DNA of 64,000 bases from an uncultured Acidobacteriota bacterium (GTDB lineage Bacteria; Acidobacteriota; Thermoanaerobaculia; Thermoanaerobaculales; Sulfomarinibacteraceae). This document shows positions 1 to 10,157 of this stretch, piece by piece. Location of the stretch: the NCBI GenBank assembly GCA_963823445.1, contig CAWGLT010000004.1, positions 270,084-334,083 on the forward strand, in the 5' to 3' direction. The notes beneath the pieces were generated by a model that saw only the letters and a program-made list of their open reading frames with translations, searched no databases and was not told where the DNA came from. A program made the translations under genes and the position numbers. Position 1 is the first letter of the stretch, and the number at the start of each line of letters is the position of its first letter.

Positions 1-37
1 TGTTCCCAGACGGCGAAAAAAACAAATGGTGAAAAGC

Positions 38-1834
38 TCAGGCTTGATCGTACATGGACTCGATCACATCCGCGAAGCGCTCCATGGCGACGTTGCGCTT
101 GACCTTGAGGGTCGGGGTGAGAAGCCCGTTCTCGATGGAAAACTCCTCGAGGAGGCGGAACTTCTTGATCGTCTCGAAGGAGGCGAACTCCTTGTTCTTG
201 GCATCGACGATGCCCTGGATGAGGGCGTTGATCCCCTCGTTCGCGAGGAGCTCATCGAGGCTCTCGCCGGCGATCCCGTGCTCGGCGGCATAGGCGCGGA
301 TGTTCGGCTCGTCGACGGTGATGAGCGCAGTGAGGTACCTGCGGCGATCGCCGATGACGCAGACCTGCGAGATGTACGGCGAGGTCGCGATGAGGCCCTC
401 GATGGCCGACGGCGCCACGTTCTTACCGCCGGCGGTGACGATGAGGTCCTTCTTGCGTCCGGTGATCTTGAGAAATCCCTCGGCGTCGATGGCGCCGAGA
501 TCGCCGGTGTGCTGCCAACCGTCCGAGGTCAGGGTTTCGGCGGTCTCGGCGGGCATCTTGTAGTACTCGCGCATGACGTTGCGGCCGCGGTAGAGCACCT
601 CGCCGTCCTCGGCCGTCTTCTGTTCGATCCCGGGGCCGGTCGGTCCGACCCATCCGAAGCGGTAGTTGTCCTCGCGGTTGACGTTGGTGAAGGAGGTGTT
701 CTCGGTCATGCCGATTCCCTCGAGGATGAGCACGCCCGCGGCGTGGAAGAACTTGCCGATGGACGGATCCAGAGGGGCGGCGCCGCTGATGCACCAGCGC
801 ACCTGACCGCCGAGGGCGGCCTGGACCTTGGCGAACACGAGTTTGGTCGCGAGCGCGTACTGGAGTCGGGTGATGAATGGGATCGGCTCCTTGGCGAGCA
901 GGTGGTCGCTGACCCGGTCGCCGACGCCGCACGCCCAGTTGAAGAGCTTGAGGGCGACGCCGCCCTTGGCGTTCGCGCCGGAGAGGATCTTGGTGTGGAC
1001 CTTCTCGTAGATCCGTGGGACGCTCGGAAACCAGTGCGGGCGGGCGATCTTGAAGTCCTCGCCGATGGTGTCGATGGCCCGGGCAAAGGTCGTGTTGCAG
1101 CCGGCGAACAACGCGGTGAAAACGCAGGTCCGGGCAAAGATGTGGGCGAGCGGGAGAAAGAGCATGGCGGTGTCGTCGGGATAGATCTTCGCGGAACCGA
1201 AGACCGACTGGGCGGTGAAGGTGATGTTGTCGTGGGTCAGGACCGCGCCCTTGGGAACGCCGGTGGTGCCGGAGGTGTAGACGATGGCGGCGACATCGGT
1301 GGCGTTGACGTCGGCGATCCGGGCGTCCAGTTTTTCGTCGGCAACCTCGGTGCCGAGTTCGAGGAAGTCCTCGAAGGTGATGACCCAATCATCGCCCGGC
1401 GGGGGAGCGCCCTTGAAGAGCACGACCTTGCGAACCTCGGGCAGTTGACCGCGGATCTCCGAGAGCTTGGCCACTTGTCCTGGATCCTCGGCAAAGACCA
1501 GCACTGCGTCTGAATGTTTGACGATATAACCGATGTCCTTGGCCAGGAGCGAGTGGTAGATTCCGACAGTGACCGACCCGATGGAGGCGGTTGCGACATC
1601 GGAGAGAACCCACCGGTAGTTCGAGTAGCTGAGTATGTTGACCTTGTCGTCCTTGCCGACCCCGAGGGCGATCAGGCTCTTGCCGACCCGGCGCACCTGT
1701 TCGGCAAACTCGGTCCAGTTGAGCGACTCCAGAGAACCGTCGTCGCGAATCGTGCGATAGGCGTCGTTTCGAGGATAGCGCTCGACGGTGTGGGTGAGCA
1801 TCTCGTGGATGTTCTTGAAGTCTCTGAATTCCAT
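38..1834 (-). CDS. fadD: Long-chain acyl-CoA synthetase / AMP-dependent ligase (FadD-like)
   Basis: Lies within ORF 38..2038. The likely start is ATG 1834 (MEFRDFKNIHEML), preceded by a G-rich RBS. Carries the AMP-binding signature IVYTSGTTGVPKGAVLTH and the C-terminal GWQHTGD...ITGRKKDLIVTAGGKNVAP. Confidence 0.85.
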   Translation of the reverse strand: MEFRDFKNIHEMLTHTVERYPRNDAYRTIRDDGSLESLNWTEFAEQVRRVGKSLIALGVGKDDKVNILSYSNYRWVLSDVATASIGSVTVGIYHSLLAKDIGYIVKHSDAVLVFAEDPGQVAKLSEIRGQLPEVRKVVLFKGAPPPGDDWVITFEDFLELGTEVADEKLDARIADVNATDVAAIVYTSGTTGVPKGAVLTHDNITFTAQSVFGSAKIYPDDTAMLFLPLAHIFARTCVFTALFAGCNTTFARAIDTIGEDFKIARPHWFPSVPRIYEKVHTKILSGANAKGGVALKLFNWACGVGDRVSDHLLAKEPIPFITRLQYALATKLVFAKVQAALGGQVRWCISGAAPLDPSIGKFFHAAGVLILEGIGMTENTSFTNVNREDNYRFGWVGPTGPGIEQKTAEDGEVLYRGRNVMREYYKMPAETAETLTSDGWQHTGDLGAIDAEGFLKITGRKKDLIVTAGGKNVAPSAIEGLIATSPYISQVCVIGDRRRYLTALITVDEPNIRAYAAEHGIAGESLDELLANEGINALIQGIVDAKNKEFASFETIKKFRLLEEFSIENGLLTPTLKVKRNVAMERFADVIESMYDQA

Positions 1835-2185
1835 GGTTCCCCCCCTTGGCAGGCCCGGTCGTCGCAGCTGATCTGCTGGTTCGCTCCGCACTTCGAATTG
1901 GGCACCGCAGAGTTTAGCAGGCTCGGTGCTCGATGGCGGATGGGAGCGTCGCAGGGATGAACCGCAACGGCGCAAAGGACGCGAGGACATCGCAAACCCA
2001 TCGCTGCCGCCGTGGAGTGCCATGTGAGCCTCATGCACGATTCAAGAATCGGACGCCGGGGTCCTCCGAAACTCGTCACCATCAGGCCGGCGAGACGCCG
2101 GCCCCACAATGGATCTCAGCCCTTTTTAGTGCCGGCGTCTCGCCGGCACGGAGACACGGACACGGACGCGGACGCGGGCTCGGTG

Positions 2186-3277
2186 TCAGACCCAGCGATA
2201 GACCACCGAGTTGATGTTCATCCCGGCGCCGACCGAGGCGAAGACCACGACATCGCCCGGGTTGAGCTCGTGGCCCTTCATCTTGCCCCGGCACACGAGA
2301 TCGAGCAGGGTCGGGACGGTCGCCACCGAGGAGTTGCCGAGCCACGAGATCGACATGGGCATGACCGCCGCGGTGTCGGGTTGACCCGCGTCGTAGAGCC
2401 GGAAGAGCCGGGCGAGGATGGCTTCGTCCATCTTGGCGTTGGCCTGGTGGAGAAAGACCTTGACGACATCGGACAGATCGAGTCCGGCACGGTCGAGGCT
2501 CTGCTTGACGACGCCGGGGACGTTGGTCAGGGCGTAGTTGTAGAGCTTGCGCCCGTACATCTTCAGAAACAGCGTGTTGTCCTTGTAGTCGGGATTGTAG
2601 GATTCACCCATCCAGAGCAACCTGGCATGGTCGATGGTGTCGGACCGTGCGGCGTGGGCGAGGACGCCGATGGGATCGTCGCCCTCGCGGGCCTCGACCA
2701 CGGCTGCCCCAGCGCCGTCGGAGTAGATCATGCTGTCGCGGTCGTGTGGATCCGAAATCCTGGACAGGGTCTCGGCGCCGATGATCAGCGCGCGGGAAGC
2801 GTCGCCGGAACGCAGGAAGTAGTCGGTCTGGATGACGCCCTGGACCCAGCCGGGACAACCGAACGGCAGGTCGTATGCGATGCACGACGGGTTCGCGATG
2901 GCCAGGTTTTGTTTGACCCTGGCGGCGAGGGAAGGCACGAGATCGATTCGTGGATTGTCGGCGAGGATGTCCCCGAAGTTGTGCGCGACGACGAGGTAGT
3001 CGAGACTCTCGGGATTGATGCCGGCGTCCTCGATGGCGTTGGCGCCCGCTTCGGTCGCCAGATCGGACGCCAGAACGTCGTCGTCGGCGTACCGCCGCTC
3101 GCTGATGTCGGTGATCTGGCGGAACTTTTCGATGACCCGCTCGTTGCTGCCGGCCTCGATGGGTTCGCCATAGTCCATGAAGAACTCGTTGTCGATGAAG
3201 CTGCTGTTGGGAACCACCTTCGGTGGGATCGAGGAGCCGGTTCCGATGATGACGGTGTGACGGTTGCTGGGCGTCAT
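2186..3277 (-). CDS. 3-oxoacyl-ACP synthase III family protein (KAS III / FabH-like)
   Basis: 363-aa ORF. Shows the thiolase-fold pattern IIGTGSSIPPKVVPN, an active-site Cys context YDLPFGCPGW, then HQANAKM and GNSSVATVP motifs typical of KAS III. Confidence 0.8.
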   Translation of the reverse strand: MTPSNRHTVIIGTGSSIPPKVVPNSSFIDNEFFMDYGEPIEAGSNERVIEKFRQITDISERRYADDDVLASDLATEAGANAIEDAGINPESLDYLVVAHNFGDILADNPRIDLVPSLAARVKQNLAIANPSCIAYDLPFGCPGWVQGVIQTDYFLRSGDASRALIIGAETLSRISDPHDRDSMIYSDGAGAAVVEAREGDDPIGVLAHAARSDTIDHARLLWMGESYNPDYKDNTLFLKMYGRKLYNYALTNVPGVVKQSLDRAGLDLSDVVKVFLHQANAKMDEAILARLFRLYDAGQPDTAAVMPMSISWLGNSSVATVPTLLDLVCRGKMKGHELNPGDVVVFASVGAGMNINSVVYRWV

Positions 3278-3375
3278 AATCGGGTGAGCCTACACCAGAT
3301 CGTCGGGAGGTCAAGGTCCGTCGCGGCGGTACTTTCCGCGTGAAATCGAGAAAGAGCGCCGGGGTATTGTGCCTT

Positions 3376-4275
3376 TTACAGCGGAGTCGTTGGGCGAGGA
3401 AAACGTCGGATGGCGCGTCGGGCTGCGAGATACGCCCCCGATTGCCTGGGTCGGACAAGGGCTCGCCCGGCCAGGGACCACCCGAGGCCGATACGGACCA
3501 GCGGGAGGTTCTCCGGATGGTGGATGGCGGCATAGCGGAGGAGATTTCCACAGAATGCGGTGAGAAATGCCGCCCGGTCGAGCTCCGCGAGGCTCGACCC
3601 TCCCCGGTGGCGAACCCGGGCTCGCGGAACCACCACGAATCCCTCATCGCTCGGGAAATCGTCCGCCCCCAGACGGTGGGCCAGCCGGGCGCAGAAATCC
3701 ACGTCCTCCCACCACGCCGGGACGAAGGACTCGTCGAGTCCTCCGAGGGCCCGCCACACGCCTCGCCGGACCAGCCACGCCGCGGCCGCCGGTTGGACTG
3801 CAGCCGCCGATGCGGCGGGGGGCGATGAAAAAGCCGGTGCGCCCGACCGACCCGTGGCCAGGCGGGCGACCGTGGGCAGACGACGGAACTGCCAGCGGTG
3901 CTGGGGCGAACCATCCCGGTTGATCAAAAGCGGCACCGCTCCGGCGGTTCGCGGCCGCTGCTCGAGCGCCTCGATCAGGGTCGCCACGGCGCCGGCTTCG
4001 ACTTCGGTGTCGGGGTTGAGCAGGAAGATGAGGTCGTCGGTGATCGCGGCGACGCCGGTGTTGGCGGCGTGGGCGAACGATCGGTTCTCGGCGAGGGCGA
4101 TGACGTCGACATCGGGGTAGGATGCGGCGAGGCGCTCGGCGCCGCCATCGCCCGAACCCGAATCCACCAGGACGATCCGGCCCAGGCCGGAGCCGCGCTC
4201 GGCGAGGAGCGACCGCAGGCAACGGTCGACCTCGTCGCCTCCCCGCCACCGGACCACGACCGCCGCGACCGTCAC
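3376..4275 (-). CDS. Glycosyltransferase family 2
   Basis: The 3' part of ORF 3376..4530. The GTG start at 4275 forms a GTGA overlap with the upstream gene's stop. Has the GT-A pattern VTVAAVVVRWRG...LVDSGSGDG...NRSFAHAANTG...FLLNPDTEV. Confidence 0.75.
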   Translation of the reverse strand: MTVAAVVVRWRGGDEVDRCLRSLLAERGSGLGRIVLVDSGSGDGGAERLAASYPDVDVIALAENRSFAHAANTGVAAITDDLIFLLNPDTEVEAGAVATLIEALEQRPRTAGAVPLLINRDGSPQHRWQFRRLPTVARLATGRSGAPAFSSPPAASAAAVQPAAAAWLVRRGVWRALGGLDESFVPAWWEDVDFCARLAHRLGADDFPSDEGFVVVPRARVRHRGGSSLAELDRAAFLTAFCGNLLRYAAIHHPENLPLVRIGLGWSLAGRALVRPRQSGAYLAARRAIRRFPRPTTPL

Positions 4276-5450
4276 CCTCGCCGCCTCCGCCGGCCGAGAC
4301 CCATGGCCACCACCGCCGCCCGCACGAGGGACGGTGCGAGCGCGCCGCGGTGGACGGAGGTGAGGTTCGGCAGGGCCTCCACGAGCGGACCCGCGACCCG
4401 TGACCAGCGCCAGTGGTTGCGGTGTTCCAGAATCGCCGCCCGGCAGCGTTCGTGGCCCTCGGGTTGGAGAAGCCGTTTCAAAGCGTCGCTGACCGCCGCG
4501 GGATTGCCCGGGGCGACGACCTCGCCCCACCCGAGGGCGTCGGCGAGCCGGGCGACCTCGCCGCCCGCCGAGAGGAGCATGGGCGTTGCCGACCAGAGCG
4601 CGTCCATGGCGCGGGTGCGGAAGGAGAGTTCGGATTCAGGCTTGGCCTGGTGAAGAAAGGCCATGACGGCGGCCCGGTTGAGGGTCAGATGCCGTTCGTC
4701 GTAGGGCGCCCAGTGCTCGAGGGGGACCACCTCCGGCGCCGAGAGCGCGTAGCGGGCGGCCATCCGGTTGAGATCGGTGGCGGTGAACTGGGCGAGCGAG
4801 CCACCGGGCCGGGTCGCGGTGGGGACAACGATGCTCACGGGGACGCGTCCGAGGCGGGCGCGCGCCGCAAGCAGGGTGTCGAGGTCGAGCCACGGCCAGA
4901 CGCCGCCCCACCAGAGCACCACCGACCAGTCCGGAGGAACGCCGATGATCTCGGCCGACTCCTGCGGCGGATCGTGCTCCTGGATCCCGAACGGCACCTC
5001 GAGAATGGGAACCGCGGGCCGGCGTTGCAGCACACCCCGCCACCAGTCATGCTGCGCGGCGCCGGCTGCGAGCACCGCGTGCGCCCTGGCAGCGACCACC
5101 GGCAGGCGAGCCGCGGCGGTTCGCCGCCGCCGCCGAATCTCGGGTGTCGAAGGCATGGCCTCGAGTTCGGCGAGGAGGGGGGTCGCGCCGTCGATCACGA
5201 GGCGATGCCGACCTGCGAAGGCGGGAAGGTGGAGGCTCCACGGGGGCGCGACGACGACCTCCGCCCAGCGCCAATCCGGCGCCTCGACGAGCTCGACGGG
5301 GGAGTCGTGGGGCTTGGACGACTCTCGCTCCGCCGAGAGCCGGACATCGTGTCCCGCGCCCGCGAGGGCGTTGGCCAGTTCCCAGGCGCGAAGGGCCGAT
5401 CCGGCCATGGCGGGACCCAGTCGATCGTCGGTGAGAAAGAGAACACGCAT
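4272..5450 (-). CDS. Glycosyltransferase family 1 (GT-B, GT4-like)
   Basis: Lies within ORF 4272..5762. The start ATG 5450 (MRVLFLTDDRLGP) is typical of a GT1 N-terminus and sits 2 nt after the upstream gene's stop. Confidence 0.7.
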   Translation of the reverse strand: MRVLFLTDDRLGPAMAGSALRAWELANALAGAGHDVRLSAERESSKPHDSPVELVEAPDWRWAEVVVAPPWSLHLPAFAGRHRLVIDGATPLLAELEAMPSTPEIRRRRRTAAARLPVVAARAHAVLAAGAAQHDWWRGVLQRRPAVPILEVPFGIQEHDPPQESAEIIGVPPDWSVVLWWGGVWPWLDLDTLLAARARLGRVPVSIVVPTATRPGGSLAQFTATDLNRMAARYALSAPEVVPLEHWAPYDERHLTLNRAAVMAFLHQAKPESELSFRTRAMDALWSATPMLLSAGGEVARLADALGWGEVVAPGNPAAVSDALKRLLQPEGHERCRAAILEHRNHWRWSRVAGPLVEALPNLTSVHRGALAPSLVRAAVVAMGLGRRRRRG

Positions 5451-5452
5451 GG

Positions 5453-6367
5453 TCAACTCTCCGGTAACGCCGTGAGCCGCGGGCCGGGGCTGGGTCGCCC
5501 GAAGGAGCGGATCACGATCCAGGGAAGGCAGGTCAACACCGCCGCCGCCGTCGGCATGACCCTGGGGTTGGTGCGGGCGAGAGTGCGAACGGCGCGGAGT
5601 TCGCCGCGAAAAAGAGTGGGGAGCGCGGCGCAGACGGCGGCCGCCGAGAGGTTGCCGGCCAGGGCTCGCCAGCGATTGGTCAGCACCCACCAAGGGTGGC
5701 GCCAGCCGAGATGCTGAGCAGTGGCCGAACCCTCGTGCTTCGCCCATGCGCCCGGCACCCACGCGGACCTCCAGCCGAGACGGCGCATTCTGAGGCCGAG
5801 ATCCAGGTCCTCGTGATAGCTGCCGAAACGGGGGTCGAGGACGGCGCCGTCGGCAAGGACCGATTGGCGCAGCGCCCGGGTCCGATACAGCGATGCGGTC
5901 CCGGACACGGCGATGACGGGTCTCGGAAGGGCGGGTTCGGGTACGGGCGAGGAACCGCGGTCCACCTGGACCGGCAGCGCGGTGTCGTCCAGGGTGATGC
6001 CGCGTCCGTCGACGGCGGCACCGAGGGCGTCGGTGACGGTGCCCTGGACCGCGGCGAGGGTGGGATCGCCATCGAGCGCCGCTTCAAGCGTCCCGAGCCA
6101 CCCCGGCGCGGGAACGGCGTCATCGTTGAGAAGGGCGATCCGTCCGATGTCGTTCCCGAGAGCGCCGATGCCGGCATTGACGGCGGCGGCAAACCCGAGG
6201 CGGTCCCCGGTGGCGAGCATCTCGACGAAGTCCGGATGCTCCGGCGCTTTCGCGCCGCCGGAGAACACCACCACGGCTCGGTCCGGCGGAGGGTCGAGAG
6301 CGATCACGGCGGCGAGGCAGTTCCTCAGATGGGGACCGCCGAGCGACGGGATCACGATCCCCGTCAT
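5453..6367 (-). CDS. Glycosyltransferase family 2
   Basis: The 3' 304 codons of ORF 5453..7306. Starts at ATG 6367 (MTGIVIPSLGG). Has GFAAAVNAG...LLNDDAVP (DxD-like) and YHEDLDLGLR motifs. Confidence 0.7.
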   Translation of the reverse strand: MTGIVIPSLGGPHLRNCLAAVIALDPPPDRAVVVFSGGAKAPEHPDFVEMLATGDRLGFAAAVNAGIGALGNDIGRIALLNDDAVPAPGWLGTLEAALDGDPTLAAVQGTVTDALGAAVDGRGITLDDTALPVQVDRGSSPVPEPALPRPVIAVSGTASLYRTRALRQSVLADGAVLDPRFGSYHEDLDLGLRMRRLGWRSAWVPGAWAKHEGSATAQHLGWRHPWWVLTNRWRALAGNLSAAAVCAALPTLFRGELRAVRTLARTNPRVMPTAAAVLTCLPWIVIRSFGRPSPGPRLTALPES

Positions 6368-6487
6368 GGGCCCGACCTCCGAAACGCGAGGAGAAAAGAC
6401 GAAATGCTGGCCGTCATGCGAGTTCAGTATAGCGAGGGCGCGAGTCCTCCCCGTGCCTTCTGCTGCCGGCGCGCTTACAATGACAGC

Positions 6488-7597
6488 GTGCGAGTGGCCA
6501 TCGATGCCCGCAAACTGACCGATTTCGGGATCGGTACGTATCTCTGTTCCCTTCTCAGGGGAATGGAGGATCGGCGTGATGTGGAGCTTTCGGTGGTTGC
6601 CCGACCCGGTCACGAAGGGCGGGTGAACCAGCTCGCACCATCGGCGAAGGTGCTCACGGCGGCGGCGAAGGGGTACTCGCTGGCCGAACATATCCAGATG
6701 CCCGCCACCCTCTGGCGCGAACGCGTGGATGTGGTGCACATCCCGCACTATGTGGTGCCCGCCCTTTCGCCGCGGCCCATCGTGACCACGGTCCACGATG
6801 TCATCCAGCTGTTCTATCCGCCCAAGGTCCGCGCGGGCCTGGCCCAGTTCTATCTGCGGGTGGTCCTGCGTTCCGCCCTCAGGAGATCGCGAATCGTGAT
6901 CACCGTGTCGAGGACCTCGCGGCGCGACCTCATCAGTCTCTTCAAGGCCGACCCGGGTCGGCTGATGGTGATTCCAAACGGCGCAGACCCCGGACTCGCG
7001 GCGCGACCAAAGGCCACCGAGGTCGAGGAACTCAAGGAGTTCTACGGGCTCCATGCCCCCCTCGTGCTCGTCGTGGCCAACGACAAACCGCACAAAAACC
7101 TCGATGTGGTGCTCCGCGCCTACCACCTCGCGGTGCTGCGGCATCGGATTCCCGGCCAACTCGTCTTTGTCGGCGGCGTCGAACCCTCGAGCCGGCTCGC
7201 CGCTCGCGCTGTCCGCCTCGGTTTGACCGATCGGGTCCGTTTTCTCGGGCGGGTCCCCCAGAGTCACCTGAAGGCGTTGTACCATGTGGCCGCAGTGCTG
7301 CTGCACATCTCGTTGTACGAGGGGTTCGGCCTCCCGATACTCGAAGCCATGGGGGCAGGTCTGCCGGTGGTGACCTCGAACGTGGGAGCCATGAGGGAGC
7401 TCGGTGAGGATGCGGCGAGATTGGTCAATCCCCTCGATGTGGACGAGGTGTCCGGTGCGATGGAACAGGTCCTGGTCGACGATCCTCTCCGTCGCAGGAT
7501 GGTGGAGGCCGGCCGTCGACGGGCCGAGCGGTTGACGTGGGAACGAACGGTGGATAAGACCGTCGAGGCGTATCGGCGGGCGTTGGGGGAGGGTTGA
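6488..7597 (+). CDS. Glycosyltransferase family 1
   Basis: The 3' part of ORF 5696..7597. The GTG at 6488 gives VRVAIDARKL. C-terminal EGFGLPILEAMGAGLPVVTSNVGAM motif. Divergent from the minus-strand GT operon across a 120-nt gap. An alternative ATG at 6416 is possible. Confidence 0.75.
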   Translation: MRVAIDARKLTDFGIGTYLCSLLRGMEDRRDVELSVVARPGHEGRVNQLAPSAKVLTAAAKGYSLAEHIQMPATLWRERVDVVHIPHYVVPALSPRPIVTTVHDVIQLFYPPKVRAGLAQFYLRVVLRSALRRSRIVITVSRTSRRDLISLFKADPGRLMVIPNGADPGLAARPKATEVEELKEFYGLHAPLVLVVANDKPHKNLDVVLRAYHLAVLRHRIPGQLVFVGGVEPSSRLAARAVRLGLTDRVRFLGRVPQSHLKALYHVAAVLLHISLYEGFGLPILEAMGAGLPVVTSNVGAMRELGEDAARLVNPLDVDEVSGAMEQVLVDDPLRRRMVEAGRRRAERLTWERTVDKTVEAYRRALGEG

Positions 7598-7598
7598 G

Positions 7599-8693
7599 GT
7601 GAGGGTCGCCCTGGTTCACGACTGGTTGACCGGGATGCGCGGTGGGGAGTGGGTGCTCTACGAGATCGCCAAGCTCTTCCCCGATGCGCCCCTCTACACG
7701 CTCGTCCACCGAAAGGGTGCGGTGATGCCGGCCCTCGAGGAACGGAAGATCAACACCTCGTGGCTCCAGAAACCGTCGTTCGGCGGCAGGAAGTGGCGTT
7801 ATCTTCTGCCGTTGATGCCCGCGGCCATGGAGAGCTTCACCTTTCCCGATGCCGATCTCGTGATTTCCACGAGCCACTGCGTCGCCAAGGGAGTCATCCC
7901 GCCGCCGGGCGCCTTCCACCTCAGCTATGTCCACACCCCCATGCGATACGCCTGGGACCAACGCTCGCTCTACACGGCCCGTATTCCGTCGTTGCTCCAG
8001 CCGGTGGTGGAGAGTCGGTTGGCGAAGCTGCGGCAGTGGGACATGGTGTCGTCGGCCCGGGTCGATCGGCTCATCGCCAACTCGCGGCTCGTCGCCTGGC
8101 GGATCAAACACTATTGGAACCGTCAGGCGGAGGTCCTCCCGCCGCCGGTGGCCACCGAGTACTTCACACCGGGAGGCGAGAGGGGTAACAACCTTTTAAC
8201 GGTTGCGGCCCTGGTTCCGTACAAGAGGGTGGAGGTCGCGATCGAGGTGGCACATCGGCTGGGGAGACCGTTGGAAATCGTCGGCACCGGACCGCGGATG
8301 GCGCAGCTCAAGCGGCTCGCCGGCCCCAATGTCCGATTTCTCGGTTGGCTCGACCGGAGCGAGCTCCGCGATGCGTACCGGCGCGCGGCGGCGGTTCTGG
8401 TTCCCAATGTCGAGGATTTCGGGATGGTCACGGTGGAAGCGCTCGCCTGCGGCACGCCGGTGGTCGGGCTGTCGGCCTCCGGCACCGCCGATGTCGTGCG
8501 CACCGGGATCGAGGGCGAACTCGCCGAGCAGTCGGGACTCGCGGCCTTGGAAGAGGCCGCTGCCCGGGCGCTCGACCGCGAGTGGGATCCCGCCGTCCTG
8601 AGACATCGCGCCGAGTTCTTCTCCCGCGAACGGTTCAGATTGCGTTTCGGCTTTCTCCTCGATCGACTCGGTTTCGGAAAGGCCCTGGAATGA
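7599..8693 (+). CDS. Glycosyltransferase family 1
   Basis: 364-aa ORF with MRVALVHDWLTGMRGGE at the N-terminus and EDFGMVTVEALACGTPVVG. Starts 1 nt after the previous gene's stop. Confidence 0.8.
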   Translation: MRVALVHDWLTGMRGGEWVLYEIAKLFPDAPLYTLVHRKGAVMPALEERKINTSWLQKPSFGGRKWRYLLPLMPAAMESFTFPDADLVISTSHCVAKGVIPPPGAFHLSYVHTPMRYAWDQRSLYTARIPSLLQPVVESRLAKLRQWDMVSSARVDRLIANSRLVAWRIKHYWNRQAEVLPPPVATEYFTPGGERGNNLLTVAALVPYKRVEVAIEVAHRLGRPLEIVGTGPRMAQLKRLAGPNVRFLGWLDRSELRDAYRRAAAVLVPNVEDFGMVTVEALACGTPVVGLSASGTADVVRTGIEGELAEQSGLAALEEAAARALDREWDPAVLRHRAEFFSRERFRLRFGFLLDRLGFGKALE

Positions 8694-10096
8694 TCCAACG
8701 GCGTCGCCAGATTCAAGTCGTGCTCCAGCTGTTGGGCGATATCCTCGCCACAGCCGCCGCCGTCGTTCTGGCGTACTGGATCCGTTTCGACATTCCGATT
8801 CAGCCGGTCACCAAGGGCACTCCGCCGATCCAGATGTACCTCCAGCTCATCCCCGTCACTGCGATCATGTGGCCGACGGTCTTCTACTTCCAGGGTCTGT
8901 ATCAGCGACGCCGGCTGCGGTCCCGGTTTGACGAACTGCTCCGGGTCGTTCTCGCGGTCATGCTCGCGACCATCCTGCTGACGGCCTTTCTGACCTTCTA
9001 CCGTCCCTCGGATTTCACCTACTCCCGTCTCTTCCTGCCGATCTTCGCCGGCGTCGATGTCGTATTCGTGGCGTTCTCGCGGTGGTTGATCTCGGACATC
9101 CTGCGACGGGTTCGACGTTTGGGCGGAAACCTCCAGGTTGTGCTCATCATCGGTGCGGGCGAACTCGGAAAGCGGCTCGTCGAGAGCCTGCAGGCCCACC
9201 GTGAATACGGTTTCTCGGTGGTCGGCTTTCTCGATGACGATCCCGGAAAGCAAAAGCGGAAGATCCACGGCGTGCCGGTTCTCGGAACGACGAAACAACT
9301 CGAGGCCATCGCCGAGGAGCACCGGATCGACCAGGTGATGATCGCCCTGCCCATGGCGGCCCATCAGCGGGTGGTCAAGCTCATCCGCCGCTGCGGCCAG
9401 TTGCTCGTGGAGATCAAGGTGGTGCCAGACCTCCTCCAGTACTATGTCGTCCGGGCCAGGACCGAGGAACTCGACGGGCTGCCGATCATCAACCTGACTC
9501 AGATCCCGCTCGAGGGCTGGAATCAGATCGTCAAACGGGTCTTCGACGTGGTTGGCGCCACAGCGTTGCTGTTGGCGACGGGGTGGCTCTTCCCCATCAT
9601 CGCCTGGCTCATCAAGCGCGAGGATGAGGGGCCGGCGTTCTACTCCCAGATTCGGATGGGCCTTGACGGCCGATCGTTCAAGCTTTACAAATTCCGTTCC
9701 ATGCGGATCGACGACGACGACAACGGCCAGGGCAAGTGGACGCGGACGGACGACCCGCGGGTGACCAGAATCGGCGCGATCCTGCGGCGCTACAACCTCG
9801 ATGAGCTTCCCCAGCTTTTCAACGTCATCAAGGGCGACATGTCTCTGGTCGGGCCGCGGCCGGAGCAACCCGAGTTTGTCGATCGCTTCAAGGGCAGGTA
9901 TCCCGAGTACCAGGCGCGTCACCGGGTGCGCGCCGGGATCACCGGGTGGGCGCAGGTCAACGGACTCAGGGGCGACACGTCGATCCGGCAGCGGGTGGTC
10001 CACGATCTCTACTACATCGAGAACTGGAGCCTCGCACTGGACATGAAAATCCTGTGGCGAACCCTGCGTCTCGCGGTCCAGGAAGCGAGGGGCTAA
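8690..10096 (+). CDS. Polyprenyl-phosphate glycosyl-1-phosphate transferase (WbaP/WcaJ-type priming sugar transferase)
   Basis: Lies within ORF 8345..10096. ATG 8690 forms an ATGA overlap with the upstream stop. Has N-terminal TM helices and the C-terminal bacterial sugar transferase signature KFRSM...DPRVTRIG..LRRYNLDELPQLFNVIKGDMSLVGPRPE. Confidence 0.85.
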   Translation: MIQRRRQIQVVLQLLGDILATAAAVVLAYWIRFDIPIQPVTKGTPPIQMYLQLIPVTAIMWPTVFYFQGLYQRRRLRSRFDELLRVVLAVMLATILLTAFLTFYRPSDFTYSRLFLPIFAGVDVVFVAFSRWLISDILRRVRRLGGNLQVVLIIGAGELGKRLVESLQAHREYGFSVVGFLDDDPGKQKRKIHGVPVLGTTKQLEAIAEEHRIDQVMIALPMAAHQRVVKLIRRCGQLLVEIKVVPDLLQYYVVRARTEELDGLPIINLTQIPLEGWNQIVKRVFDVVGATALLLATGWLFPIIAWLIKREDEGPAFYSQIRMGLDGRSFKLYKFRSMRIDDDDNGQGKWTRTDDPRVTRIGAILRRYNLDELPQLFNVIKGDMSLVGPRPEQPEFVDRFKGRYPEYQARHRVRAGITGWAQVNGLRGDTSIRQRVVHDLYYIENWSLALDMKILWRTLRLAVQEARG

Positions 10097-10107
10097 CCCT
10101 CCAGATT

Positions 10108-10153
10108 CCGAAAATGCCGTTGATTTCGGCTGCCGAAATCAACGGCATTTCGG
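10108..10153. terminator. Long near-perfect hairpin between convergent genes (possible bidirectional terminator without a U-tract)
   Basis: Arms ccgaaaatgccgttgatttcgg and ccgaaatcaacggcatttcgg (21 bp with one bulged A), loop ctg. Lies between the stops at 10096 (+) and 10158 (-). Confidence 0.4.
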
Positions 10154-10157
10154 AAAA

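Noticed and set aside
2085-2149. Rho-independent terminator between the KAS III and FadD-like genes (paired gccggcgagacgccggc / gccggcgtctcgccggc hairpins).
   Set aside because: On the transcribed (minus) strand the hairpins are followed by A-rich rather than U-rich sequence. They are more likely another palindromic repeat, so I did not call a terminator.
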